Program-made: the position numbers and the translations under genes
Source of the DNA: an uncultured bacterium
GTDB taxonomy: Bacteria; Verrucomicrobiota; Verrucomicrobiia; Verrucomicrobiales; DEV007
Direction: 5' to 3'
DNA length: 64,000 nt
Assembly (NCBI GenBank): GCA_963977015.1
Contig: CAXBMO010000004.1
Span: 389,061-453,060 of the forward strand
Notes under the pieces: model-generated
Told to the model about the DNA's origin: nothing
The model's input: the letters and a program-made list of their open reading frames with translations, nothing else
Database searches by the model: none
Shown: positions 18,498 through 29,976 of the stretch, piece after piece
Position numbering within the stretch: position 1 is the first letter of the stretch
How the letters are laid out: each line of letters starts with the position of its first letter

Positions 18498-19166
18498 TCA
18501 ACTTTGTAGCTGCGAATCCAAAAAGGTAAGCATGTCGCCCGGGCGCTCCAGCAAAAGATCGGCCCCGTGTTCCACCAGTTCCTCCCTTTGCCGAAAACCC
18601 CAAAGGACCCCGACCGCGTGCAGCTTCGCCCCTTTCGCCGTTTTCATGTCCGTATCGGTATCCCCCAGATAAAGAACGTTTTCCGGAGAAACCTTCATCG
18701 TTTCCAGGATCTGGATCGCCCCCGCCGGATCCGGCTTCTTGGGAACTCCCTCGCGCATTCCAAACACAATCTCCCACGGCCAGTTGCCGACAAATTCCTC
18801 GATACATTGCTGCGTAAAGTCGTGCGGCTTGTTGGAGAGCACCGCGAGGCGAATCCCGCGTTCCACCATGCCATCCAGCATCTCCGGAATGCCGGCATAG
18901 GGCTTGGTCTTCGCGTTCCAACGCCGCTGATAGGCCTCACGATACACCTTCATGCAACGTTCGATCGTTTCCTCCGACTTCGCCTCAGGCGGCAAAATCC
19001 GTTCCATCAACACACGCACACCGTCCCCGACAAACGTGCGATACCCGTCCACCGGATGGGTCGGAAAACCCTGCGATTCCAACATCTCATTCCCCGAATC
19101 CGCCAGATCGTCCAGGGTATCGAGTAACGTGCCGTCGAGATCGAAAATTGCTGCGTCAAAGGCCAT
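18498..19166 (-). CDS. HAD family hydrolase (phosphoglycolate phosphatase-like)
   Basis: FDLDGTL, LSNK, KPDP, GDTDTD motifs. Confidence 0.9.
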   Translation of the reverse strand: MAFDAAIFDLDGTLLDTLDDLADSGNEMLESQGFPTHPVDGYRTFVGDGVRVLMERILPPEAKSEETIERCMKVYREAYQRRWNAKTKPYAGIPEMLDGMVERGIRLAVLSNKPHDFTQQCIEEFVGNWPWEIVFGMREGVPKKPDPAGAIQILETMKVSPENVLYLGDTDTDMKTAKGAKLHAVGVLWGFRQREELVEHGADLLLERPGDMLTFLDSQLQS

Positions 19167-19280
19167 GGCGGATGCTTCGAGCCAAGTCGCTCATGAAGCG
19201 AACGAAAAAATTGGCAATAGCGATACTATCAGACTCGCAGCAACCCTTGCGATTGAAAGGATTCGGCATAATCTTTCAAC

Positions 19281-19466
19281 ATGTCCGACCGAGATGTCGC
19301 AATAAGCGCAATTCAGCGCCTCCCAAACGAAGTAACCCTTGAAGACGTCAGTGACGAGATCGCACTGATCGCGGCCTTGCGTGAGGGAGTTCGTCAGGCC
19401 GACGCTGGCGAGAAAAAGAGCCACGACGAAGTGAAGCAGTTGCTTAATTCATGGCTTTCCAAATAG
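19281..19466 (+). CDS. Putative antitoxin of RelE/ParE pair
   Basis: 61-aa acidic ORF (GVRQADAGEKKSHDEVK) overlapping the toxin start. Confidence 0.75.
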   Translation: MSDRDVAISAIQRLPNEVTLEDVSDEIALIAALREGVRQADAGEKKSHDEVKQLLNSWLSK

Positions 19467-19753
19467 ATTGGACCGACGCTGCGATTGCAGATCTTGGTGA
19501 GATCGTATCGTTTATCTCTCGCGATGATCCGGTTGCTGCCCAACAGGTAGGTGAAGATATTTTGCATTCCGTGGAGCTGCTCCAGGATTTCCCCCATTTG
19601 GGCCCCACCTTTCCCCGAAGAGGGAAAACGAACGTTAGGGAAATCGTTGCCCGCCGAGCTTACCGTATTTTCTACCGCGTTTTGGAAGAAGAAAGTCTCG
19701 TTGAAGTTCTCCGGGTTTGGCACACGTCGCGCGATGAGCCGCCACTAACTTGA
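19451..19753 (+). CDS. RelE/ParE family toxin
   Basis: WTDAAIADLGEIVSFI..DDP.AA, FPHLG, YRIFYRV, VLRVWHTSR. Confidence 0.85.
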   Translation: MAFQIDWTDAAIADLGEIVSFISRDDPVAAQQVGEDILHSVELLQDFPHLGPTFPRRGKTNVREIVARRAYRIFYRVLEEESLVEVLRVWHTSRDEPPLT

Positions 19754-20937
19754 CGCCAACACCCCTTGTGAAACCCGTTGTAGCCAGCTATTGCGCCACA
19801 TTTCTCGCCCCCGAGATGCTCCACGTCTATCGGCAAATCACCGGTCTGCAGGCGTTCCTGCCTCACGTCATCACCCAGAAGTGGATTCACGGCGACAAGT
19901 TCCCCATGCCGGTCGATCACGTCAGCCTCGTGCGCAAATCCCGCGCCCGGGCATGGCGCAAGTTCTGGTACAAGCAACTTCTCGATCGCCCCATTCTCCT
20001 TTCCGCGCGCCAGACCGAGGCGATTCTCCGCGAAATTGATCGGGCCGAGGCGCAGCTGCTTCACATCTATTTTGGCCACATCGGCGTTCAGCTGCTTCCC
20101 GTGCTGCGGCGACTCGAGATTCCGGCGGTCGTTTCGTTTCACGGGGCGGATGCGGGCGTGGATGCGAAAAAAGCCTGGCATCAGGACAGCCTGGAAGAAG
20201 TGTTTCAGCGTTCGAAGCGGATTCTGGTTCGGTCCCGATCTCTGGGCGAGGAACTGAAGTCGATCGGTTGTCCGGCCGAAAAAATCGTCCTCAACCGCAC
20301 CGGGATCCCGATGACGGAATGGGGATTCATCGAACGAATCCCGCCCCTCAACGATCAATGGCAACTCTTCCAGGCCTGCCGATTGATCGAGAAGAAAGGG
20401 CTCGACCTCTCAATTCGCGCGTTGGCGCGAGTCTGCGAACGGTTTCCGAAATCCCAGCTTCGCATCGCCGGCGAAGGACCGCTCAAGCAAGCAACCCAGG
20501 AGTTGGCGGATCAATTGGGCGTTGGCGACCGGGTCGAGTTTCTCGGTTTCCTCAATCAGGAAGAGCTGAGGGAGGAAGTCGCCCGGGCGCACGTCTTTCT
20601 CCATCCCAGCCGCATCGGCTCGGACGGCAATCAGGAAGGCGTTCCCAACTCCATGCTCGAAGCGATGGCGACCGGACTTCCCGTCGTCGCGACCCGTCAC
20701 GGCGGCATTCCGGAAGCGATTGAGGAGGAAAAAAGCGGGCTTCTCGTCGACGAAGAAGATTGGGAAGGGCTGAGCGGACACATCCTGCGCCTGATCCAAG
20801 ACCCCGCCTTCTATCGACAGATCGCGGTAACCGCGCGCGAGGGCGTCGAAGCCCAATTCAGCCAAGCCGCCCAGATCCAGATTCTCGAGCAAACCTATCA
20901 GAGCGTCATCGCCGAATCGTCGATGCTCGAATCCTGA
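19750..20937 (+). CDS. Glycosyltransferase family 4
   Basis: RLIEKKG, EGVPNSMLEAMATGLPVVATRHGGIPE. Confidence 0.9.
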   Translation: MTPTPLVKPVVASYCATFLAPEMLHVYRQITGLQAFLPHVITQKWIHGDKFPMPVDHVSLVRKSRARAWRKFWYKQLLDRPILLSARQTEAILREIDRAEAQLLHIYFGHIGVQLLPVLRRLEIPAVVSFHGADAGVDAKKAWHQDSLEEVFQRSKRILVRSRSLGEELKSIGCPAEKIVLNRTGIPMTEWGFIERIPPLNDQWQLFQACRLIEKKGLDLSIRALARVCERFPKSQLRIAGEGPLKQATQELADQLGVGDRVEFLGFLNQEELREEVARAHVFLHPSRIGSDGNQEGVPNSMLEAMATGLPVVATRHGGIPEAIEEEKSGLLVDEEDWEGLSGHILRLIQDPAFYRQIAVTAREGVEAQFSQAAQIQILEQTYQSVIAESSMLES

Positions 20938-20959
20938 CGCGATTTTCGCGACGATGAGG

Positions 20960-21058
20960 AACCACAGATTGGCGCCGATGAACGCAGATACTTGCGAACA
21001 AGAAGTGCTCTTTGTTCGATCGCAAATCATCTGCGCAGATCTGCGTAAATCTGCGGTT
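20960..21058. repeat. Intergenic inverted-repeat element
   Basis: AACCACAGAT..AACGCAGAT on the left, ATCTGCG x3 ..ATCTGCGGTT on the right, inner arms GAACAA/TTGTTC. Confidence 0.65.
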
Positions 21059-21150
21059 CCCCTCCGTTCGAGAGAAACCGCTCGCCAATCGCGTGGTTTG
21101 TATCCTAGAGTGACCGATTCACGAGAAGAATCGCCTTACCCACCAGGCTC

Positions 21151-24100
21151 ATGATCTCTAACATTCTCAAACATCGCCTTGCTCCCATCCTCGAAGCGGA
21201 GCAAAATTTGCGGAGACATCGTGTCACCGCACTTGCCATCGGCATCGCCTGTCTTGTCGGAATCGCGCTCTGGCTTGCGAACCGAAGCGGCGGTTTTGGC
21301 GGCCAGGGCCTCGTCCTCATCTGGATCATCGGCTCAATCGGCTTCCTCATCGCCATGTGGAACTGGCTCGGGACGAAACCCGCCGATCTCCGCAAGGTGG
21401 CGCGCAAGCTCGAGGAACGCTTTCCCGAACTGGATGGCCGGCTCCTCACCGCGGTCGACGTCGATGCGGATGATTCCGGCGAAAACCTGGGTTACCTGGA
21501 GGAGCGGGTCGTTTTTGAAGCGATCGATCATTCGGTTCACCATTTCTGGGATCGCGACTATGAACGCTCCCAACGCAATTGGGCGGCGGCGTTTCACACC
21601 ATGGCCATGGTCGCCTTCGCCCTCGTCACCGTGCTCTTGTTGACGATTCCCTCGACCAAATCGCAGCTCGCCGAAGAAACCGGGGCGGAAGCGGTGGCAC
21701 TGGCAGAAACTCAAATCGTGGTCCATCCCGGCGACACCGAGGTGGAGAAAGGAACCAAGCTGGTGGTGGAAGCCCGCTTCGAGGGAACCGTGCCGAACGA
21801 TGCCAGTCTCGAAATGATCTCGCCGGAGAGCGGCGAAGTTCTCGACCGATGGGAGATGCGGCGCAACCTGGAGGACCCCGTGTTTGGAACCGTCGTCCCG
21901 CGCGTCAACGAACCGGTTCAGTATCGAATCGCCTATTCGGAAACGCGTTCAGACACCTTCGATGTCGGAATCTACGTTCACCCCCAACTGGAGCAGGCCG
22001 ACGTCACCATCACGCCACCGGCCTACGCCGAACAGGAATCGAAAACGGTCAAGGATGTTCGCAAGGTCGTCGCTCTGGAAGGATCCGAGCTCGCCTTTGA
22101 CTTCAAAGTCAATAAACCGGTTAGCGCGGCTGAGTTATTTGGGGAGGACGAGACCGTTATCCCGTTGGAAATCGACCCGGACGATCCCACGCGCCTCATC
22201 GCCAAATTCCGCCCCGACGAGGAAAAGAAGTATCGGCTCCATCTCGTGGATGCGGATGATCGCGGCAACAAGACGCCGCCGTGGTTCACGGTGAAACTGA
22301 AGAGGAATCTCCCGCCCAAACTGGAACTCGCTTTTCCGGGCAAGGATTCCGAAGTCTCGGCGTTGGAAGAAATGGCGCTGGAAGGAAAGGTCTGGGATGA
22401 CCTGGGAATCACCCGCGTTGGCGCGACCATCTCCATTGGCGAGCACAACGCCGAGCTCGTGATGAATGAGGAGAAACTGAAAGGCCAGAAGAAGCACGAT
22501 TTCGGAACCCTGCTCGCCCTCGAAGAATACAAGGCGGAGCCGACCCAGTTGGTGAGTTACCACTTCTGGGCCGAGGACCTCGGGCCTGACGGCGAACCTC
22601 GCCGAACCGAGAGCGACATGTATTTTGCCGAAGTGCGTCACTGGGAGCACATCTTCCGCGAAGGCACGCCCCAGGAAGGCCAGGGCGAAGGCGAGCAGAA
22701 TCAGAGTCGCGAACTGCGCGTTCAACAGAAAGAGATCATGAACGCCACCTGGAAAGTGATTCGACGGGCGGGCGCCTCGGGAATCGCCAGTCAGTTGGAG
22801 GACGTCGACGTGGTTCGTCAATCCCAGGAGATCGTGATGCAGAACGTGGATCAAGTGATCAAGGAAGTTCAGGATCCGGAGTTGGTCATGATCCTGACGA
22901 ACGCCAAGGAAGAAATGCAGAAGGCGGTCAACTTTCTGCAATGGGTTGTCGAGAACACGGACGAAGAGCGGATGCAGAACGCGCTCGGTTCCGAAAAAGC
23001 GGCTTACCAACATCTGTTAAAGGCGGAAAGCCGCGAAAGCGAAGTCACCCAATCCAAGAGCCAGTCCGCGTCTCAAAGCCAGAGCCAGCAACAACAGCGT
23101 CAACTGATGCAGCTGGAGCTGAAGCAGAACGAAGATCGCTACGAAACGGAGAGCCAGGCGGAGAAAGAGAAGGCGCAAACCGAGCAGCAGGAAGATCTCG
23201 CGGTGTTGGCTCGCCTCAAGGAGCTGGCACGTCGTGAGGAGGCGCTCGCCGAAAAGATCAAGGAGATCGAGGCCGCTCTGAAGGAGGCCAAAACCGAGGA
23301 AGAGAAGGACGAAATGGAGCGCCAACTGAAACGCCTGCGTGAAGAGCAGGAAGAACTCCTTCGCGACTTGGACAACCTGATGGAGCGGATGGACACCGAA
23401 CAGAACTCCGAGCGCATGGCTGAGGAACGCGAGCAACTCGCGGAAACCCGCGAGCAGGTTCAGAAGACGAACGAGCAACTCAAGAATAACGAGCTGGAAG
23501 AAGCCGCGAACTCGGCAACGCGGGCCCAACGCGAATTGCAGGAGATTCAGGAAGAGTTTCGCAAGCGCACCTCCAGCCAATTCGCGGAGGAAATGAAGGA
23601 CGTTCGCCAGAAAGCCCGCGAACTGGCCGAGCAACAGGACAACATTGGCGAACAGTTCGAAAACGCGCCCGACACCAACAATCCGTTCGACGCGCAAAAC
23701 AGCGAGTTCGACAATCAGGGTGTGGCCCAGCAGCTTCGCGACCAGAAGGCGCAGTTGGAAGCGTTGTTGGAGAATATGCGCGAAATTTCCGAACAGGCGG
23801 AAGGCAGCGAACCGGTTCTGGCCGACGAACTTTACGAAGCGGTCCGCGATGCCCGAACCGCCGGGATCGAAGAGTCGTTGGAAGAAGCATCCTCGTTGAC
23901 GCGGTATGGCCGTCTTTCCCGAGCCCAGCAACCCGAGCGCGAAGCGGGCCGGGCGATCGAGAAACTCAAGGAAGGCGTCGAGAAAGCGGCTGAATCGGTT
24001 TTGGGCGACGAAGCCCAGACCTTGCGAATGGCCCGCAATGAATTGGATCGCGCTATCGAGCAACTTCAGGAGGAACAGCGCAAGCGCGCGGGCCAGGAGG

Positions 24101-25083
24101 CGGGCGAGAACCCGGAATCCCGCCAAACCGCGCAAACTGGCGACCAACCAGGCGAAAATTCGGAGACTCCGGAAAACGGCGAACCTCAGCCGGGGACGGG
24201 CCAGGAATCTCGGGAAATGGCTGAGAACCAGCAGGAAGGTCAACAACCGGGCGAACAATCGGAAGGCGAGCAACCCGGCGAGGGCCAACAACCTGGCCGT
24301 GGTCAGGAATCGCAACAGATGGCCGAGAACCAGCCGGAAGGTGAGCAACCCGGTCAGACTCAAGGCGAGGGGCAGCAGCCCGGCGAGAATCCGGAAGGTC
24401 AACAACCGGGCCAAGGGCAAGGTCAGGGACAGGAATCGCAACAAATGGCTGAAAACCAGCAACCCGGTCAAGAGGAAGGTCAGGGCCAACAACCTGGTCC
24501 GTCACCTTCCGAACAATCCGGTCAAGGCCAACCATCGGGACAGGGCCAACCAGGTCAACAACCCGGCCAGTCCCAGCAACCCGGTCAGCCCCAACTCGCG
24601 CAATCCGAAGGTCAGACTGGTGGCGGAGGAGGAGGCGGAACCGATCGATTCGGAGGCGACGATCGCATGGATGGCCCCGGCCCCGCCAACAGCTCAACCG
24701 CGCCTCCAATGTTCTTTGAGCAAATCCAGGACGCCCGCGATCCCGGCCCGATCATGGGCGAGGACTGGGAACAATTCGCCGACAGCCTCCGCAAGGTCGA
24801 AGAAGTTCTCGAACAGCCGCAGCTTCGTTCCGACGCCTCCAAAGTCCTCGACCGCGCCCGCGAGATGCGAATGGACTACCGCCGGAACGACTCCGCCCCG
24901 AAATGGGATCTCGTCCAAACCACGGTCGTCGATCCCCTCGTCGAACTCCGCAATCGCATTTCCGAAGAACTCGCGCTGAAAGAGAAGGACAACACCCTCG
25001 TCCCAATCGATCGCGATCCCGTTCCCGGCCCCTATCGCGATCTCGTCCGCAAGTACTACGAGAAGCTGGCGAGCGGAGAATAG
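21151..25083 (+). CDS. Large membrane-anchored coiled-coil protein (DUF4175-like) with Gln/Gly/Glu-rich region
   Basis: N-terminal TMs, beta-rich domains, long E/Q/K helical region, C-terminal DRDPVPGPYRDLVRKYYEKL. Confidence 0.75.
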   Translation: MISNILKHRLAPILEAEQNLRRHRVTALAIGIACLVGIALWLANRSGGFGGQGLVLIWIIGSIGFLIAMWNWLGTKPADLRKVARKLEERFPELDGRLLTAVDVDADDSGENLGYLEERVVFEAIDHSVHHFWDRDYERSQRNWAAAFHTMAMVAFALVTVLLLTIPSTKSQLAEETGAEAVALAETQIVVHPGDTEVEKGTKLVVEARFEGTVPNDASLEMISPESGEVLDRWEMRRNLEDPVFGTVVPRVNEPVQYRIAYSETRSDTFDVGIYVHPQLEQADVTITPPAYAEQESKTVKDVRKVVALEGSELAFDFKVNKPVSAAELFGEDETVIPLEIDPDDPTRLIAKFRPDEEKKYRLHLVDADDRGNKTPPWFTVKLKRNLPPKLELAFPGKDSEVSALEEMALEGKVWDDLGITRVGATISIGEHNAELVMNEEKLKGQKKHDFGTLLALEEYKAEPTQLVSYHFWAEDLGPDGEPRRTESDMYFAEVRHWEHIFREGTPQEGQGEGEQNQSRELRVQQKEIMNATWKVIRRAGASGIASQLEDVDVVRQSQEIVMQNVDQVIKEVQDPELVMILTNAKEEMQKAVNFLQWVVENTDEERMQNALGSEKAAYQHLLKAESRESEVTQSKSQSASQSQSQQQQRQLMQLELKQNEDRYETESQAEKEKAQTEQQEDLAVLARLKELARREEALAEKIKEIEAALKEAKTEEEKDEMERQLKRLREEQEELLRDLDNLMERMDTEQNSERMAEEREQLAETREQVQKTNEQLKNNELEEAANSATRAQRELQEIQEEFRKRTSSQFAEEMKDVRQKARELAEQQDNIGEQFENAPDTNNPFDAQNSEFDNQGVAQQLRDQKAQLEALLENMREISEQAEGSEPVLADELYEAVRDARTAGIEESLEEASSLTRYGRLSRAQQPEREAGRAIEKLKEGVEKAAESVLGDEAQTLRMARNELDRAIEQLQEEQRKRAGQEAGENPESRQTAQTGDQPGENSETPENGEPQPGTGQESREMAENQQEGQQPGEQSEGEQPGEGQQPGRGQESQQMAENQPEGEQPGQTQGEGQQPGENPEGQQPGQGQGQGQESQQMAENQQPGQEEGQGQQPGPSPSEQSGQGQPSGQGQPGQQPGQSQQPGQPQLAQSEGQTGGGGGGGTDRFGGDDRMDGPGPANSSTAPPMFFEQIQDARDPGPIMGEDWEQFADSLRKVEEVLEQPQLRSDASKVLDRAREMRMDYRRNDSAPKWDLVQTTVVDPLVELRNRISEELALKEKDNTLVPIDRDPVPGPYRDLVRKYYEKLASGE

Positions 25084-25092
25084 GGACGCGCG

Positions 25093-25560
25093 TCAATCGT
25101 TCTTGATGCGCTCCCGGGCGCTTTCCTTCGCCTCGGTGATCGACAGATGGTCGCCCGCCGCCGCCAAGCCGAATCGCGGCATTCCGCTATAAATCGCCTC
25201 GTAGTCGTCGGCGCGAACCCGGTAGGTTTCGTGCCAGATTCCAACGTCTCCCCTGCTCTTCCCAACCCGGCGATTAAAGGCGATCCACGCGGGCCAATGC
25301 TCCAGATCCTTGTCGCGGGCATAGGCCTCCAGATGATCGAACGAGCGCCAGTATTGGACGATGACTTTCCGGTCAAAAATGCACCCCAGAAAGCCACTCT
25401 CCGGATTCTCCTCCAACTCCTTGATCATTCGCGGCATCGCAAACAGGAACGGCACCCACTTGTGGAGCTTCCACGGTTTGTTGATCTTCATCCCAATCAG
25501 GAAAACGACAAAGTCGCCATCCAGTTTGGCCGTCATCCGTTCAGGAAAAACTCTGGTCAT
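25093..25560 (-). CDS. DUF4188 family protein (monooxygenase-like)
   Basis: [32 protein letters not shown]. Confidence 0.85.
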   Translation of the reverse strand: MTRVFPERMTAKLDGDFVVFLIGMKINKPWKLHKWVPFLFAMPRMIKELEENPESGFLGCIFDRKVIVQYWRSFDHLEAYARDKDLEHWPAWIAFNRRVGKSRGDVGIWHETYRVRADDYEAIYSGMPRFGLAAAGDHLSITEAKESARERIKND

Positions 25561-25680
25561 CACTCGCAAGAATAGAATCGCGCCATTCGAAAGACGAACC
25601 AAATCCTTCCCCAATTATTTCATCAAATCCGCAGGAACGTGATAGGCGAGAGCTGGTTGAAGCCGTGAAGAGAGAACCCC

Positions 25681-27065
25681 ATGCTCGATTTTATCGATCC
25701 ATCCAGCTCTCCACGCAATCGCCGGTCCTTCCTGCGGGTGGGATCGCTCGGCCTGGGAGGAATGACGCTTCCGGGGTTGCTGCAGGCTCAGGAGGAGCTC
25801 AAGCCGATGGTGAAGGATCGCTCGGTCGTCTTTGTCTTCATGCATGGCGGGCCGTCGCAATTTGAGACGTTCGATCCCAAGATGGAGGCGCCTTCGACGA
25901 TTCGAAGCGTGACCGGCGAAATCCCGACCTCCATCCCCGGAATCTCGTTTGGATCGACTTTCCCGCGCCTGGCGCAATTGGCGCACAAGTTTTCCGTCGT
26001 GCGCTCCTTCACCACGGGAACGGGTGCCCACGATATTAAGCCGATTGTTGGCAAAAACTCGCTGGGCGCCAATATCGGGTCCCTCTACGCGCGGGTTGCG
26101 GGCAATTCCGTGCCGGAATCCGGTATGCCGAAGAACCTGGCCCTCTATCCCAAAGCGGTCGATGAATCGGCGATGCCGGCGATCCTGAAGTTTGGCGATT
26201 TTTCGTCAACCGGCCCTCTCAGCCGAATCTACGCGCCCTTCGCCCCGGGGTCCGGCGGAGAGCTGCAGGGCGACATGAAGCTGCACCTTTCCCAACAACG
26301 CCTCGAAGACCGTCGCACCCTGCTCGATCGGCTCGATGCGACCAAGGCCGCGTTTTACGATCACGGAATCGCGGAGGGAATGACGCGCTTTCAACAACAG
26401 GCGTTCGACACGATTCTCGGCGGAATCGTCGAAGCGTTCGACATCACCAAGGAAGATCCGCGGACGATCGCGCGTTACGACACCGCGCCTCTCGTGAATC
26501 CCGGCAGCATCCGCAAGAAGTGGAACAACCACGAGCGCTATCGCGATCACAGCCAGACGCTCGGCAAGCTGATGCTGCTTTCCCGCCGCCTCTGCGAGCG
26601 CGGAGCCGGCTTCGTCACCGTGACGACGAATTTCGTCTGGGACATGCACGCCGACCGGAACAACGCGACGGTCAGCGAAGGGATGGGCTATGTCGGCGCG
26701 CCTTTTGATCACGCGATCTCCGCGTTCATCGAGGACGTCGAGGCGCGCGGGTTGAGCGAGAAGATTCTCCTGGTGTGTTGCGGCGAAATGGGACGGACGC
26801 CGAAGATCAACAAGAACGGCGGTCGCGATCACTGGGGCAGGCTTGCGCCGCTCATGATGTACGGAGGCGGACTGAAAATGGGACAGGTCGTTGGGAAGTC
26901 GAGCCGCGATGGCGGCGAACCGGCGTCGGAACCCGTGACGATGGATCATCTCACCTCCACCATTCTCCACACCCTGTTCGACATCGGCCAGGTGCGCCTG
27001 CTCGACGGGATCTCGAACGAAGTGATGCAGGTCCTGACCGCGAACCGGCCCATTTCCTCGCTGAT

Positions 27066-27069
<4 letters not shown>
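25681..27069 (+). CDS. DUF1501 domain-containing protein
   Basis: RRSFLRVG leader, GGPSQFETFDPK, WDMH, GEMGRTP, GRDHW. Confidence 0.9.
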
Positions 27070-29028
<1,959 letters not shown>

Positions 29029-29035
29029 GTTTCGA

Positions 29036-29314
29036 TCAGTAACCGGATGGTTCGGCCGGCCCGAAAAGGGCCGCCGCAATCAAGCCCAGCAAGAGCAGCA
29101 ACAGGATCAGGCAAACCCAGGATCCTGCGGTTTTGATTCGTTGTGTCGCGCCGCATTCCGAGCACTTTTCCGTCACTTTGGAAAATGCCCCCCGGATCAA
29201 CAGGTAGTACATATCAAACAACAGAAATCGTAGGATGTTGACCGGGGGTCGCGAAAACCCGGTTCGAAACACGTTTTTGGAGCCACATTCAGGGCACGCA
29301 TTTTTGCCATCCAT
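29036..29314 (-). CDS. Small zinc-ribbon membrane protein
   Basis: CPECG and CSECG motifs plus a hydrophobic C-terminus. Confidence 0.6.
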   Translation of the reverse strand: MDGKNACPECGSKNVFRTGFSRPPVNILRFLLFDMYYLLIRGAFSKVTEKCSECGATQRIKTAGSWVCLILLLLLLGLIAAALFGPAEPSGY

Positions 29315-29318
29315 TGGA

Positions 29319-29897
29319 TTACTCAGGTTTCAGGAGCTCTTCAGCCTCTTCCTTCGTCGTTGCCGCCACGACATCGAGCCGAAACACCCGCTGGGTTTCC
29401 GTTCCGCCCCAGGAAAACAACAGCGCTGGTTCGTTGATCTGGAGTTTGATGTCACCACCGTCCATAATTTGTTGTTCGCCAGCACTGGGCAGGGAAACGC
29501 GGTAGGTCAAACCACTCCCGCCCGAGACTTTCCAGCGTACTGCGCCCTCCTCGTTCCATTCATCCTTTTGTTCGGAGGAGAACTTCAGCTCATGATCGTT
29601 ATCCGTTCCGGCCCCGGGAATGATCTGGTGCATGAAGTGAAACTCATGGGCGCGGGAAGCCTTGGAACTCCAATAAAAGTTCCGCGTCACGCTCCCACCA
29701 TCATCCGTCTTCGTCATCATGAACCCCAGAAAACAGGGCTTCTCGAATTCAACCGACCAATTCCCTCCCTCCAATCCCAGGTGTTCGGTGATCTGCTCAA
29801 TCGTGAACGGGGAATGGATGGCTTTTCCGTCGTTGGCAAAACTGAAGAGCGGAACACAGAAGACCGCCAGGAACAGGGGGATTTTGGAGTTTTTCAC
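29319..29897 (-). CDS. Hypothetical secreted protein
   Basis: Signal-peptide-like N-terminus; fills the gap between neighbours. Confidence 0.6.
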   Translation of the reverse strand: MKNSKIPLFLAVFCVPLFSFANDGKAIHSPFTIEQITEHLGLEGGNWSVEFEKPCFLGFMMTKTDDGGSVTRNFYWSSKASRAHEFHFMHQIIPGAGTDNDHELKFSSEQKDEWNEEGAVRWKVSGGSGLTYRVSLPSAGEQQIMDGGDIKLQINEPALLFSWGGTETQRVFRLDVVAATTKEEAEELLKPE

Positions 29898-29976
29898 GGT
29901 CCATCATCAGCGCAGAAACCACGGTTCAGCAAGGACTTCTTCAACTGAGCCAAGCTTCCGGAAAGATCACCTAGAC

